From NCBI GenBank assembly GCA_039801085.1, contig JBDRTY010000002.1:193339-257338 (forward strand): DNA of 64,000 nt, in the 5' to 3' direction. Under the pieces are notes generated by a model. It was not told the DNA's origin. It searched no databases and saw only the letters and a program-made list of their open reading frames with translations. The translations under genes were made by a program, and so were the position numbers. Origin of the DNA: a candidate division WOR-3 bacterium (lineage in GTDB: Bacteria; Hydrothermota; Tepidihabitantia; Tepidihabitantales; Tepidihabitantaceae). Shown here one piece after another: positions 35,798-45,457 of the stretch (the stretch's first letter is position 1; each line of letters begins with the position of its first letter).

Positions 35798-35941
35798 ATA
35801 CCCCGGGCAGTTCCCCTGACCGTGGGGTTAAGGGTGGTGAGTGCGGTGCGGGAAGGGGTTGCGGTGTCCGGGTTTTGACTTGTTCAGGTTCCGGATTAAT
35901 ATGGTGGAGCGGAAACGGGTTTGTCCGGAAGGGAGAAAGAG

Positions 35942-36937
35942 ATGAATGAAGCTGCAGTGCAGCTGGTCCGGTTTGTCCTGCCGATCATGTATGCCTGGTT
36001 TGTCATCGGCTTTTTCATCACCGTGTTGTATCATCTCAGTCTGTTTTTTGTCTGGGGTGAGTTTCACAATCCGGATGAGCTGCTTCTGGATTTAGCCTTT
36101 ACTGCGGTCCGGGTCCCGCTCTATTTTTTTGCCTGGCCCGTGGTGCTTTTTTTTGACCGGGGTGCGCTGCACAGTATCAGACTTTTCTGGGAATGGCTGG
36201 AGCCGAAAAACCGGGAGCAGGAGGGTGAGCTGAAGCAGATCCTGGACCAGCGCCGGCTTTATCAGGAGACGAGAAGAAAATATGAGCAGGATGTGGCACG
36301 CCGGGTCAGGCGCAGAAGGGAGCTTCTGAGTGGTGAGGAGAAAAGGCGCCGGACCCGGCAGATCAGGAGTGATGAGCCGGTTCTGGCACAGGTCTGGCTG
36401 ACAATCGGGCTGGGGACGGACAGCAGCGGGGCAAGACAGCTGGTTTTTCTTTTTCCTGAGGCGGTGCTTTCTGAAGAGGTAAAGGAGGCGGCAGGTGATG
36501 AGGTGCGAATCCGGCGGGAGTGGCGGTGTGTGCGCTGCCGGGAGGAGCTGGTACCGGTCCGGATTGAACTGCCCGAGCCCTTTTTTCTTGAGGTGATAGA
36601 TGAGGGTAAGGTGCTTATTTCCGGCTGGGCGTTCGAGGGTGTGTTTCGGGAACGGTTTCCCGACTGCCCGAAGTGTGGCGCGGTGCAGCCGGTTATTGAG
36701 CAACCAGTTACCATCCTGGGCCGGGCGGATGAGGTGGTAACTGCGGTCAAGCAGGGTGCGGGGTTTGCTCCTGAGGAGCCGGAGCCGGTGCTTTCCCGGA
36801 TCATGTACATCCGGGCGGGTGGTGTGGTGCGGGTGCTCGTCGGTCTGCTGGGTCTGATTGCGGTGCTGCTGATGGTCGGGGTGTGCATCTGGGCGGTGGT
36901 TTTCTTTATATTCTACTTTCAGAATCTGGGTGGTTGA
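35942..36937 (+). CDS. Hypothetical membrane protein with CxxC...CxxC zinc-ribbon
   Basis: It has TM helices at both ends, an Arg/Glu-rich coiled coil, and CVRC...CPKCG. Confidence 0.45.
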   Translation: MNEAAVQLVRFVLPIMYAWFVIGFFITVLYHLSLFFVWGEFHNPDELLLDLAFTAVRVPLYFFAWPVVLFFDRGALHSIRLFWEWLEPKNREQEGELKQILDQRRLYQETRRKYEQDVARRVRRRRELLSGEEKRRRTRQIRSDEPVLAQVWLTIGLGTDSSGARQLVFLFPEAVLSEEVKEAAGDEVRIRREWRCVRCREELVPVRIELPEPFFLEVIDEGKVLISGWAFEGVFRERFPDCPKCGAVQPVIEQPVTILGRADEVVTAVKQGAGFAPEEPEPVLSRIMYIRAGGVVRVLVGLLGLIAVLLMVGVCIWAVVFFIFYFQNLGG

Positions 36938-36985
36938 ACCGCAGATTTTGACGGTCGGGAATTTGGCGGTTAGAATTTTCATTCC

Positions 36986-37909
36986 ATGAAGTCGGCAAAA
37001 CCGAAGATCTGCGTTGTCGGCTCACTGATGACGGATCTGGTGTTCCGGGTGGAGCGCCTGCCCAGGCCGGGCGAGTCAATGCCCGGAAAGGAGTTCGGAC
37101 TGTTTCTGGGGGGCAAGGGGTTTAATCAGGCGCTCGCCTGTCACCGGCTGGGTGCGGAGGTTACGATGGTGGGCAGGGTGGGAAAGGACTATTTTGCTGA
37201 ACTGTTTTTCCAGAAACTGACGGAAGAGGGGATGAAAGCTGATTTCATTCTGCAGGATAAGGAGGCTGGGACCGGTGTTGCCTGTCCGATTATTGATGAC
37301 TCGGGTCAGAATGCGATCATCGGGATTGGCAGAGCGAATATGCGGATTGACCTGCGCCAGGTGGAGGCGGCGCGGGAGGAGATTGAGTCCGCAGATGTGC
37401 TGATGCTGCAGTTTGAGATTCCCTATCCGGTTTCCCGGCGGGCGGCGCAGATTGCAAAAGCCTCGGGTGCGCTTGTGCTTCTCGATCCGGCGCCGATTCA
37501 CAACGCCGGGGTGCTGATCAACGAGGAGGTGGATTATATTGTGCCCAATGAGATTGAGGCGGCGGCGCTGGCGCGGACACAGCCGGCTGAGGTCTGGGCT
37601 GAAGCGGAAGTCAAGGCTGGCAGGAGCGGGGTGATCATTTCCCTCGGAGCAGAGGGTGCACTGGTTTTTGATCAGCAGGGACGGCGCCACTTTCCGGCGT
37701 TTCCGGTGCAGCCGGTTGATTCCACCGGGGCGGGTGATGCCTTCCGTGCCGGACTGGCGGTGAGTCTTGCCGAGGGGAAGGGAATTGAGCAGGCGGTGCG
37801 GTTTGCCAACGCCTGTGGAGCGCTTGCCTGCACCGTGCTTGGCGCGGAGCCGTCAATGCCCAGACGGGATGATGTGGAAAGGTTTTTAAAGAGTCAGGAG
37901 TACAGATGA
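36986..37909 (+). CDS. rbsK: Ribokinase / PfkB-family sugar kinase
   Basis: It carries GGKGFNQA and the TGAGDAF anion-hole motifs. Confidence 0.8.
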   Translation: MKSAKPKICVVGSLMTDLVFRVERLPRPGESMPGKEFGLFLGGKGFNQALACHRLGAEVTMVGRVGKDYFAELFFQKLTEEGMKADFILQDKEAGTGVACPIIDDSGQNAIIGIGRANMRIDLRQVEAAREEIESADVLMLQFEIPYPVSRRAAQIAKASGALVLLDPAPIHNAGVLINEEVDYIVPNEIEAAALARTQPAEVWAEAEVKAGRSGVIISLGAEGALVFDQQGRRHFPAFPVQPVDSTGAGDAFRAGLAVSLAEGKGIEQAVRFANACGALACTVLGAEPSMPRRDDVERFLKSQEYR

Positions 37910-38535
37910 TTTTCATTGACAGTGCGGTGAGCAGTGAGGTGGAGCAGGCGGTAGGTCTGGGTTTTGTCCGGGGCTGTACCACCAATCCTGCACTTTTAGC
38001 AAAGGTAAATCAGGAGCCGAAGGCGGTGATTGCGGAGATCTGCCGGCTGGTTCCGGGCCCGGTTTTTTATCAGCTGACCGGCAGAACCAGAGAGGAACGG
38101 GAGCAGGAGGCGCATGAGTTTTATCAGCTGGCACCGGACAAGATCGTGCTCAAGGTGCCGATGACCACTGAGAATATGGCGCTGGTTACCAGACTGACGC
38201 CGGAGATTCCCTGTGCGGCTACTGCGGTTTTCAGTGGCTATCAGACGCTTTTGGCGATTGAGGCGGGCTGCAGCTATGTTATTCCCTATGTCAACCGGGC
38301 AACCAGGCTGCTGGGGGATGGGCTGAAGCTGGTAAGGGAGATGCTTGAGGTGGTGCGGGCGAGCGGCCGGCCGGTGGAGATTGTGGCGGCAAGCATCAAG
38401 ACACCCGAGGAGGCAGGAGCAGCCTATTTAGCCGGTGCTCATCATCTGACCCTGCCGCTTGAGGTGATTGCTGGTCTGGGAAATCATCAGTTTTCCGATG
38501 CGGCGATCGCCGATTTTGAAAAATATCGGCGCTGA
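37906..38535 (+). CDS. Transaldolase-family protein (fructose-6-phosphate aldolase/TalC-like)
   Basis: It has the FIDSA...GCTTNPAL N-terminus, is about 210 aa, and overlaps the ribokinase stop. Confidence 0.8.
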   Translation: MIFIDSAVSSEVEQAVGLGFVRGCTTNPALLAKVNQEPKAVIAEICRLVPGPVFYQLTGRTREEREQEAHEFYQLAPDKIVLKVPMTTENMALVTRLTPEIPCAATAVFSGYQTLLAIEAGCSYVIPYVNRATRLLGDGLKLVREMLEVVRASGRPVEIVAASIKTPEEAGAAYLAGAHHLTLPLEVIAGLGNHQFSDAAIADFEKYRR

Positions 38536-38575
38536 AACCGGTTTGACCAGAGGAGTTCCGGAGTTATACTGAAGT

Positions 38576-39142
38576 ATGAGCATTCAGTGGTTCCCGGGAA
38601 TTGTGATCTTTCTTCTGGGACTGGTTGTTACCTTTTTCGGTTACCGGCTGCTGAAGTTCACGCTCGTCGTGTTCGGTTTCGGGCTGGGGGTTTATCTCGG
38701 CTGGCTGCTGGGAATAAGAATCGGCGCGGTCAAGTGGCTGGTTGTGCTTGCCGGCATCGGGCTCGGGGTTCTGGGTGCGCTGCTCACAGTGTGGCTGTTC
38801 AAGGTGAGCGTATTTCTGCTGGGTGCGGTTGCCGGGATACTGTTGACGCTGATAATCTCCGGGACAACGGGCTGGCACCAGCTGCTGATCGTGCTTGTCG
38901 GAGCGCTCACCGGGGGGATTCTGGCGCTGCTGATTCAGCGGCCGGTTCTGTCGCTGTTGACCGCTTTTGTGGGTGCCTGGGGAATGGTTGCCGGGGTTTT
39001 CAGTCTTTTCGGTAAAACCCGGATCCGGCTCGGTCAAGGTCTGGAGATGCCGCTTCTGGCGATCCTGTGGCTGGGCCTGGGCGGGCTCGGGTTTCTGGTC
39101 CAGTTGCTGAAGACCGGTAAAAAGAAGGAGAAGTCCGGTTGA
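38576..39142 (+). CDS. Hypothetical polytopic membrane protein
   Basis: It has five or six hydrophobic helices and Gly-rich motifs. Confidence 0.5.
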   Translation: MSIQWFPGIVIFLLGLVVTFFGYRLLKFTLVVFGFGLGVYLGWLLGIRIGAVKWLVVLAGIGLGVLGALLTVWLFKVSVFLLGAVAGILLTLIISGTTGWHQLLIVLVGALTGGILALLIQRPVLSLLTAFVGAWGMVAGVFSLFGKTRIRLGQGLEMPLLAILWLGLGGLGFLVQLLKTGKKKEKSG

Positions 39143-39642
39143 TGGCGGATGACAGTGATTTTCAGGAGACGGGCAGAGTGCTGAAGGTAGAGGGTGATCG
39201 GGCAGAGGTGGCAGTAGTACCAACCGGTGGCTGTGAACACTGCGGGGCTGCCGGAATCTGCAACTGGACCGGGAAGCGGGAACGGGTAGTGCTCGCCCGG
39301 AATCTGGCAGGTGCCCGGAGCGGTGAACTGGTGGTGCTCAGGCGCCGGCAGGGGGAAAGTCTTGGTTCAGCGCTCTTGATTTTCGGTCTGCCGGCGATTC
39401 TGATGGTTACGGGAGTTGTGCTGGGTTCGTTATTGGGAAGTGAATGGCTGGCGGTGATATTCGCCGGTGCCGGATTGCTGGCAGGCGGGGGGATTTTAAT
39501 CCTGCTTGACCGGCACCGGAGAGCAAAGCTGCCGGTGATTGTCAGCAGAATAGCAGAATCAAAACAAGGAGGACAGGATGACGAGAGCAATGCTATTATT
39601 CATAACAATAACGGGATTGACCATGGGTGCAGATCAGAATAA
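39139..39642 (+). CDS. RseC/MucC-family protein (SoxR-reducing system / sigma-E regulator family)
   Basis: It carries a GGCEHCGAAGIC cysteine cluster followed by two TM helices. Confidence 0.6.
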   Translation: MMADDSDFQETGRVLKVEGDRAEVAVVPTGGCEHCGAAGICNWTGKRERVVLARNLAGARSGELVVLRRRQGESLGSALLIFGLPAILMVTGVVLGSLLGSEWLAVIFAGAGLLAGGGILILLDRHRRAKLPVIVSRIAESKQGGQDDESNAIIHNNNGIDHGCRSE

Positions 39643-40498
39643 GCCGGAGTTCAAGAATCCGGAACACGGGACCGCAAACTTCTGGCAGGATGTCCGGTTT
39701 GTCCCTGATCCGGGAGATTCCACGGGGAAAAAGGGTGTCTGGAAAGGCTGGTTTCATCAGGACAATGTTGATGTTTCAAAACTGAACCAGGGGCTCATCC
39801 GGGCGAAGGTTGAGGGTCGCTGGCAGGAGTTCCGGGTGGTGGAGCTTCCGGCCGATTTTCTCAAATGGAATTTTGACCGCCGGCTTGCCCAGCTGGGAGA
39901 GATCCGGGAGATGATGAAAAACCGCAGTATGAGTATGCCCGAGATTGCCGGTCCGCACAACGGAATTGTCGCCAGCCACGGCATGAAGCGGCAGGATTCG
40001 TATTTTACGATCAATAATGCGGTCAAGGGAATGGGCTGGCTGCCGAAGCAGGAGAAGCTGGCGGAGCTGATTCAGTTGCTGAAGAAAACCTGGAACGATT
40101 CCACTGAGCGGAAGCTGGCGGTGCTGGAAAGTCTGTATCAGCACGGGCAGGAGATTTTTGACCTGACGAAACAGACCTCACTGGAACTTTATTCCCAGCC
40201 CAATTTTGAAACCCATACCTTCCTTAATCAGATGAGCGACCCCGGTGTGGCGATTGTGTTTCTGGATCTGCCGAAGTCCTATGAACTGCGGGCAATCGCC
40301 CAGATGCTGCATCCGGATGATCCGCAGCTGAGTGAGTATGAAAGACAGGTGGTGGAGTACATCAATCTGGTCCATGACTACTTTCACGGTGAGTCGCCGC
40401 GGAAATCGATCGGTGTCATCTATCACATTGTGCAGGTGTTTGACAATTCGCCGGGCAGGTGGCGCGGACAGCGGATTATGCCGCCGAAGGAGAATTAA
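39578..40498 (+). CDS. Hypothetical secreted protein
   Basis: Its signal-peptide-like N-terminus overlaps the previous gene by 65 nt. The start is uncertain. Confidence 0.4.
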   Translation: MTRAMLLFITITGLTMGADQNKPEFKNPEHGTANFWQDVRFVPDPGDSTGKKGVWKGWFHQDNVDVSKLNQGLIRAKVEGRWQEFRVVELPADFLKWNFDRRLAQLGEIREMMKNRSMSMPEIAGPHNGIVASHGMKRQDSYFTINNAVKGMGWLPKQEKLAELIQLLKKTWNDSTERKLAVLESLYQHGQEIFDLTKQTSLELYSQPNFETHTFLNQMSDPGVAIVFLDLPKSYELRAIAQMLHPDDPQLSEYERQVVEYINLVHDYFHGESPRKSIGVIYHIVQVFDNSPGRWRGQRIMPPKEN

Positions 40499-40545
40499 AA
40501 GGCAATCCAGCGGTTGACAGTTTTGAAAATGTCAATATCCTTATA

Positions 40546-41154
40546 ATGATGCCGGAGAGTAAGGGTCTTCAGGTTGCGGTTCCGGGGTTGCCGGTTTCTG
40601 ATGAGGAGCTGGTGCGGCGGGTTCAGCAGGGCAATATGGAGGCATTTGAGGAGCTGGTGCGGCGCTATGAGCGCAAGGTTTACAACATCACCTACCGGCT
40701 GCTGGGTAATGAGCAGGATGCCACTGAGGCGCTGCAGGACACCTTTCTGCGTGCCTACCGGTTTATGTCCAAGTTTCAGTTCAAGTCCTCATTTTACACC
40801 TGGCTTTACCGGATTGCGACCAATGTGAGCCTGACCCGGTTGCGCCGGCGCAAGAATGTCGAGGTCGTATCACTGGACGCACCGGTCCCGGATACCGATG
40901 ATCTGAAATTTGACCTGCCGGATACCGCCAAGACCCCTGAGGAGGCATTTGCGCAGAAACGGCTGCGCGAGAAACTGGATCAGGCGGTTCGGGAGTTACC
41001 CGAGGAATACCGTAAAGTGGTGGTGCTGCGGGATCTGCAGGGTCTGAGCAATGAGGAGGTGAGCCGGATTCTCAAGCTATCGGTGCCGGCGGTGAAGTCC
41101 AGGTTGCACCGGGCGCGTCTGGCACTTCGGGAAAAACTGGCGGGATATATCTGA
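40546..41154 (+). CDS. ECF-family RNA polymerase sigma factor
   Basis: It has sigma-70 regions 2 and 4 (FEELVRRYERKVYNITYRLLGNEQDA...). The start is taken at the internal ATG at 40546. Confidence 0.8.
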   Translation: MMPESKGLQVAVPGLPVSDEELVRRVQQGNMEAFEELVRRYERKVYNITYRLLGNEQDATEALQDTFLRAYRFMSKFQFKSSFYTWLYRIATNVSLTRLRRRKNVEVVSLDAPVPDTDDLKFDLPDTAKTPEEAFAQKRLREKLDQAVRELPEEYRKVVVLRDLQGLSNEEVSRILKLSVPAVKSRLHRARLALREKLAGYI

Positions 41155-41183
41155 AGTCATGGGGGCAGAGGAAAGGGAGTGTT

Positions 41184-41477
41184 ATGGGTAGAAAAAAGCG
41201 AGACAAAACCACGATTGAACAGGGTTGTGATTGTGCCGAACTTGAGACGCTGGCGCTCCTGTTTGTCGACGGTGAGCTTGAGGATGAGCAGCGCCAGCGG
41301 CTGCTGATTCACATCCAGACCTGCTATCGGTGTGCCCGCATGGTGCGGAGCTTGAAGAGGACCGTTCATTACTGTCATCTCGAGACCGGACCGGAGGTCC
41401 CCGAAACCGCCCACCGGCAGCTGTGGCAGCGTCTGCGGGAGATGCTTAAGTCCAGTAAACCGGGGAAATCAGAGTAA
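41184..41477 (+). CDS. Putative zinc-finger anti-sigma factor
   Basis: It has the HxxxCxxC motif (HIQTCYRCARM) typical of ZAS-family anti-sigma N-terminal domains, directly downstream of the ECF sigma gene. Confidence 0.55.
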   Translation: MGRKKRDKTTIEQGCDCAELETLALLFVDGELEDEQRQRLLIHIQTCYRCARMVRSLKRTVHYCHLETGPEVPETAHRQLWQRLREMLKSSKPGKSE

Positions 41478-41492
41478 CGGGCCAGCTTATCA

Positions 41493-42548
41493 ATGCGGGT
41501 GGTAGCTGCACTTTCTGGAGGTGTTGATTCCGCGGTTGCCGCTGCACTTTTGAAGGCACAGGGATATGAGGTGATCGGGATTCACCTGCTCCTGGCAGAG
41601 TGTGATTCCCTGTGTTGCGGCAGTGCGGGTGCACTCAATGCCCGGCGGGTAGCGGCAGCATTGAATATTCCCTTCTATGTGTTGAATCTGAAAGCCGAAT
41701 TTCAGCGGATGGTGGTCGAGCCCTTCATTGCCGAGTACGGAAGAGGCAGAACGCCCAACCCCTGTATTGAGTGTAACCGGCGGATCAAGTTTGACATTCT
41801 CCGCCACCGGGCAGCCCAGCTGGGTGCCGGTTTGATTGCTACAGGTCACTATGCCCGAATCAACAGGGATGAAAACGGGGTTTTTCATCTCCGGAAAGGA
41901 GCTGATCACAGCAAAGACCAGTCCTATTTCCTTTATACTTTGAATCAGGAGCAGCTGGCAGGTCTGCTGCTGCCACTGGGAGAGTATGAGAAGCAGGAGG
42001 TGCGGCAGCGGGCGCGGGAGCTGGGTCTGCCCAATGCGGAGCAAAAGGAGAGTCAGGAAATCTGCTTTATCCCGGACAACGATTATGCGGGCTTTCTGAG
42101 AAAAAGACAGCCGGAACTTTTCCAGCCGGGTCCGGTCTATGATACTGCAGGCAGACTGCTGGGCGAGCACAAAGGGATTGTGAATTTCACCATCGGTCAG
42201 CGTAAGGGGTTGAGAATGGCGTTTGGTGACCGCCGGTATGTGGTGAAAATTGATGCCCGGCAGCATGCGATTTATCTCGGTGGCGAGGCAGAGGTTTACC
42301 AGACCCGGGTCTGGTCAGAGAATGTTCACTGGGTTGCCGGCAGGCCACCGGTCGGAACGGTGCGGGTCTGGGCGAAGGTGCGGTATCAGGGTGCTGGAGG
42401 TTCTGCGCTGGTTGAGCCTTTACCCGGAGACCGGGTTTATGTAAAATTTGACCAGCCGCAATGGGCACCGACCCCCGGACAGGCGGTTGTTTTCTGGGAT
42501 GGAGATGAGGTGCTGGGCGGCGGTACAATTGAACAGAGTAAGCCCTGA
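41493..42548 (+). CDS. mnmA: tRNA-specific 2-thiouridylase
   Basis: It has the PP-loop SGGVDSAVAA and the MnmA catalytic Cys region. Confidence 0.9.
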   Translation: MRVVAALSGGVDSAVAAALLKAQGYEVIGIHLLLAECDSLCCGSAGALNARRVAAALNIPFYVLNLKAEFQRMVVEPFIAEYGRGRTPNPCIECNRRIKFDILRHRAAQLGAGLIATGHYARINRDENGVFHLRKGADHSKDQSYFLYTLNQEQLAGLLLPLGEYEKQEVRQRARELGLPNAEQKESQEICFIPDNDYAGFLRKRQPELFQPGPVYDTAGRLLGEHKGIVNFTIGQRKGLRMAFGDRRYVVKIDARQHAIYLGGEAEVYQTRVWSENVHWVAGRPPVGTVRVWAKVRYQGAGGSALVEPLPGDRVYVKFDQPQWAPTPGQAVVFWDGDEVLGGGTIEQSKP

Positions 42549-42560
42549 CCAGGAGGTTTT

Positions 42561-44132
42561 ATGGCACTATTAATTTCCCTGTTCTTGGGGATGACCGTTT
42601 CATCCCGGATTGATACCGTGGTTGTCTATCCGAACCAAGTGGTTGTATTCCGCAGTGCTCAGGTTGAGCTCGGCGGTACCGGTGAGCTGGTATTTGCCGG
42701 TTTGCCAGGCGGTCTGGTGGATAATTCGGTCCGGGTCCGGGCACCAGGATTGCGGATCGGTGAGGTTCAGATTAAAAAGGGATATCTGGCCGAGCCGACA
42801 CCCGATGTTCGCCGTCTGGAACAGAGGGTTCGGTCACTGGAGGACAGTTTGAAGATGATGGAGGATGAAGGAGCGGTGCTCAAGGCAAAGGAGGAGTTCC
42901 TGAATTCGGTGAAGCTGGGTGCACCGGAAATTATCTCCAAGGAACTCCAGCAGGGGCGGGTGGCGCCGGAATCCTGGCGCGGGGCGTTGGGTTTTCTGGC
43001 TGATGAACTGACCCGGATCAAAACCCGGCAACTGAGCCTGAAACGGGAGCAGGAAGCGGTCCAAAAGCGGCTGGAGGCGGCAAGGCAGGAGCTCAATTCA
43101 GCCCGCGCGCTGGTTGAAAACCGCAAGGAGCTGCGATTTACGGTTGAGGGTGAACCGGGTTCTTACCGGATAACCTTCTCCTATGTTCTGCCCCGGGCGG
43201 CAGAATGGCGTCCGTATTATGAACTTCGCGCCGACCCGGGAAAGGGCATGGTTAGTATGAGTTATTACGCCCGGCTCAGTCAGCGCACCGGCGAGGATTG
43301 GGAGGATGTCAAGGTGATACTTTCCACTGCGGCACCATCGGCAGCAATTACTCCGCCCGAGCCTGAACCCTGGAGTCTCTATTTGATTGAGGAAACCTTC
43401 CGGGCAAAGGCACTGCCGGCACCGGGTGCTCAGGCAGAAGCGGCGGCATATTATGATGCTGAGACTGAATTGAGAGCAGGAGCACCTCCTGAAGTTATAC
43501 CGGTTGAAACCGGAATTTCACTGCGGTATGTGATCCCGGGAAAGGTAAGTCTGAAATCGGGCGAGGAGGCAAGAAAGTTGAGCCTGACTCAGATTTCACT
43601 GCCCGCAGAGTTTGCATACTACACCCTGCCGCGGATAAGAGAGCAGGTATTTCTTACCGGCAGGGTGCTGAACTCCACCGATTTTGTCCTGCTTGCCGGA
43701 GAGGGGAACACCTATGTTGGTGATGAATTTACCGGTTCAATCCAGATGCCGGCGGTGGCGCCACAGGAGTCGGTGGTGCTCGGTTTCGGCGTTGATGAGC
43801 GGGTGAAGGTCCGGCGGGAGCTGGTAAAGACATTCAAGTCCCGGGTCGGCCTGGGCGGTAAAACTGAGCGGGTGCAGTTTGTCTACCGGACCGTGGTGGA
43901 AAATTATCACCCGAAACCAGTGAAAATCAGGATTATTGAACAGGTACCGGTTTCCCAGCAGCGGGAAATAAAGGTTATAGTGACAAAAATTGAGCCCCGG
44001 TATTCCGGGCAGGATGAGAGCCGGGGTTTTTATGTCTTTGAGCCGGAGATCAGGAGCGGAGAGCGGTTTGAGATCAACCTTGAATATCAGGTTGAATATC
44101 CGGCAGGCCGGCGGGTAAGCGGGCTGTTCTGA
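42561..44132 (+). CDS. Hypothetical secreted coiled-coil protein (DUF4139/DUF4140-like)
   Basis: It has a signal peptide, an N-terminal beta region, a long coiled coil, and a C-terminal beta-rich domain. Confidence 0.45.
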   Translation: MALLISLFLGMTVSSRIDTVVVYPNQVVVFRSAQVELGGTGELVFAGLPGGLVDNSVRVRAPGLRIGEVQIKKGYLAEPTPDVRRLEQRVRSLEDSLKMMEDEGAVLKAKEEFLNSVKLGAPEIISKELQQGRVAPESWRGALGFLADELTRIKTRQLSLKREQEAVQKRLEAARQELNSARALVENRKELRFTVEGEPGSYRITFSYVLPRAAEWRPYYELRADPGKGMVSMSYYARLSQRTGEDWEDVKVILSTAAPSAAITPPEPEPWSLYLIEETFRAKALPAPGAQAEAAAYYDAETELRAGAPPEVIPVETGISLRYVIPGKVSLKSGEEARKLSLTQISLPAEFAYYTLPRIREQVFLTGRVLNSTDFVLLAGEGNTYVGDEFTGSIQMPAVAPQESVVLGFGVDERVKVRRELVKTFKSRVGLGGKTERVQFVYRTVVENYHPKPVKIRIIEQVPVSQQREIKVIVTKIEPRYSGQDESRGFYVFEPEIRSGERFEINLEYQVEYPAGRRVSGLF

Positions 44133-45418
44133 TGGTGATAACCATCATCGGTGCCGGGCTTGCCGGCTGTGAGGCGGCACTGCAATGTGCGCGCCGCGGA
44201 GTCCGGGTTCGGCTGTATGAGATGCGACCGGTTAAGATGACCCCGGCTCATCAGACCGGAGATGTGGCCGAACTGGTCTGTTCTAACTCTCTGAAATCGG
44301 AGGAGCCGACCAATGCCCATGGACTGCTGAAGGCGGAGCTGAAAATTTTAGGTTCGGTTCTCCTGGAGTGTGCGGAGCGTGCCCGGGTGCCGGGCGGTAA
44401 GGCGCTGGTGGTGGATCGGAAACTCTTCTCTCAGGAGGTGGCAGTTGAGCTCCAGAAACTCGGAGTGGAGCTGATCCGGGAGGAGATCACACGAATTCCG
44501 GCAGGGTTGACGATCGTCGCCACCGGTCCGCTGACCTCTGATGGGTTGACGCAGGCTCTGATAAGCATCTTCGGTGACCACCGGCTTTACTTCTATGATG
44601 CGATTGCACCGATTGTCGCTGCTGATTCTCTGAATATGGAGAGGATCTTCCGTGCCTCACGCTATGGCAGGGGAGATGATTACCTGAACTGTCCGTTGAG
44701 TGAAGAGGAGTACAACCGGTTTGTGCAGGAACTGGCAGGAGCTGAGGTTTACCCCGGACACGAATTTGAAAACATTCAGTTTTTTGAGGGCTGTCTGCCG
44801 GTGGAGGAGCTGGCGCGGCGCGACCGGCTGGCACTGGCATTCGGACCGATGAAGCCGGTCGGTCTGGTTGACCCCCGCACCGGCCGACAGCCCTTTGCGG
44901 TAGTTCAGCTGCGGCGTGAGAACCAGGCGGGGACAATGTTTAATCTGGTCGGGTTTCAGACCCGGTTGAAAAGACCGGAGCAGGAGCGGGTCTTCCGGAT
45001 GATTCCCGGGCTGGAGCGGGCGGAGTTTCTGCGTTACGGCAGCATTCACCGCAACACATTTCTCAACAGCCCGGAAATACTTTTGCCGGCATTGCAGACG
45101 AAAATCAGGCAGGACCTTTTCATCGCCGGTCAGCTTGCCGGGGTTGAGGGTTATGTGGAGTCGATCGGCACCGGTCTGGTTGCCGGCATCAACGCTGTCC
45201 GAGTGGTTACGGGCAAAACTCCGCTTACTCTGCCGGAAATGACAATGCTGGGTGCGCTGCTCAAGTATATTACCAGCCCCAACTCCGATTTTCAGCCGAT
45301 GAATGCCAATTTCGGACTGCTGCCCGGTTTGAACCAGCCGGTTCGTGGCATGAGGAAAAAAATGATGCTGGCACACCGTTCTCTGAAGCTGATTCAGGAG
45401 ATACATAAAGAAAGTTAG
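44132..45418 (+). CDS. trmFO: Methylenetetrahydrofolate--tRNA-(uracil-5-)-methyltransferase
   Basis: It has the FAD-binding GAGLAGCEAA motif and is colinear with TrmFO/Gid. Confidence 0.9.
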   Translation: MVITIIGAGLAGCEAALQCARRGVRVRLYEMRPVKMTPAHQTGDVAELVCSNSLKSEEPTNAHGLLKAELKILGSVLLECAERARVPGGKALVVDRKLFSQEVAVELQKLGVELIREEITRIPAGLTIVATGPLTSDGLTQALISIFGDHRLYFYDAIAPIVAADSLNMERIFRASRYGRGDDYLNCPLSEEEYNRFVQELAGAEVYPGHEFENIQFFEGCLPVEELARRDRLALAFGPMKPVGLVDPRTGRQPFAVVQLRRENQAGTMFNLVGFQTRLKRPEQERVFRMIPGLERAEFLRYGSIHRNTFLNSPEILLPALQTKIRQDLFIAGQLAGVEGYVESIGTGLVAGINAVRVVTGKTPLTLPEMTMLGALLKYITSPNSDFQPMNANFGLLPGLNQPVRGMRKKMMLAHRSLKLIQEIHKES

Positions 45419-45457
45419 TCTGGGGTACGGGTTTGTCGCTTAAAGGCGGTTCCGATT

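Noticed and set aside
36092-39223. Minus-strand ORFs 36092..36982, 36262..36888, 37076..37690 and 38564..39223
   Set aside because: They are antisense to the membrane/zinc-ribbon gene, ribokinase and membrane protein. They are Pro/Arg/His-rich artefacts.
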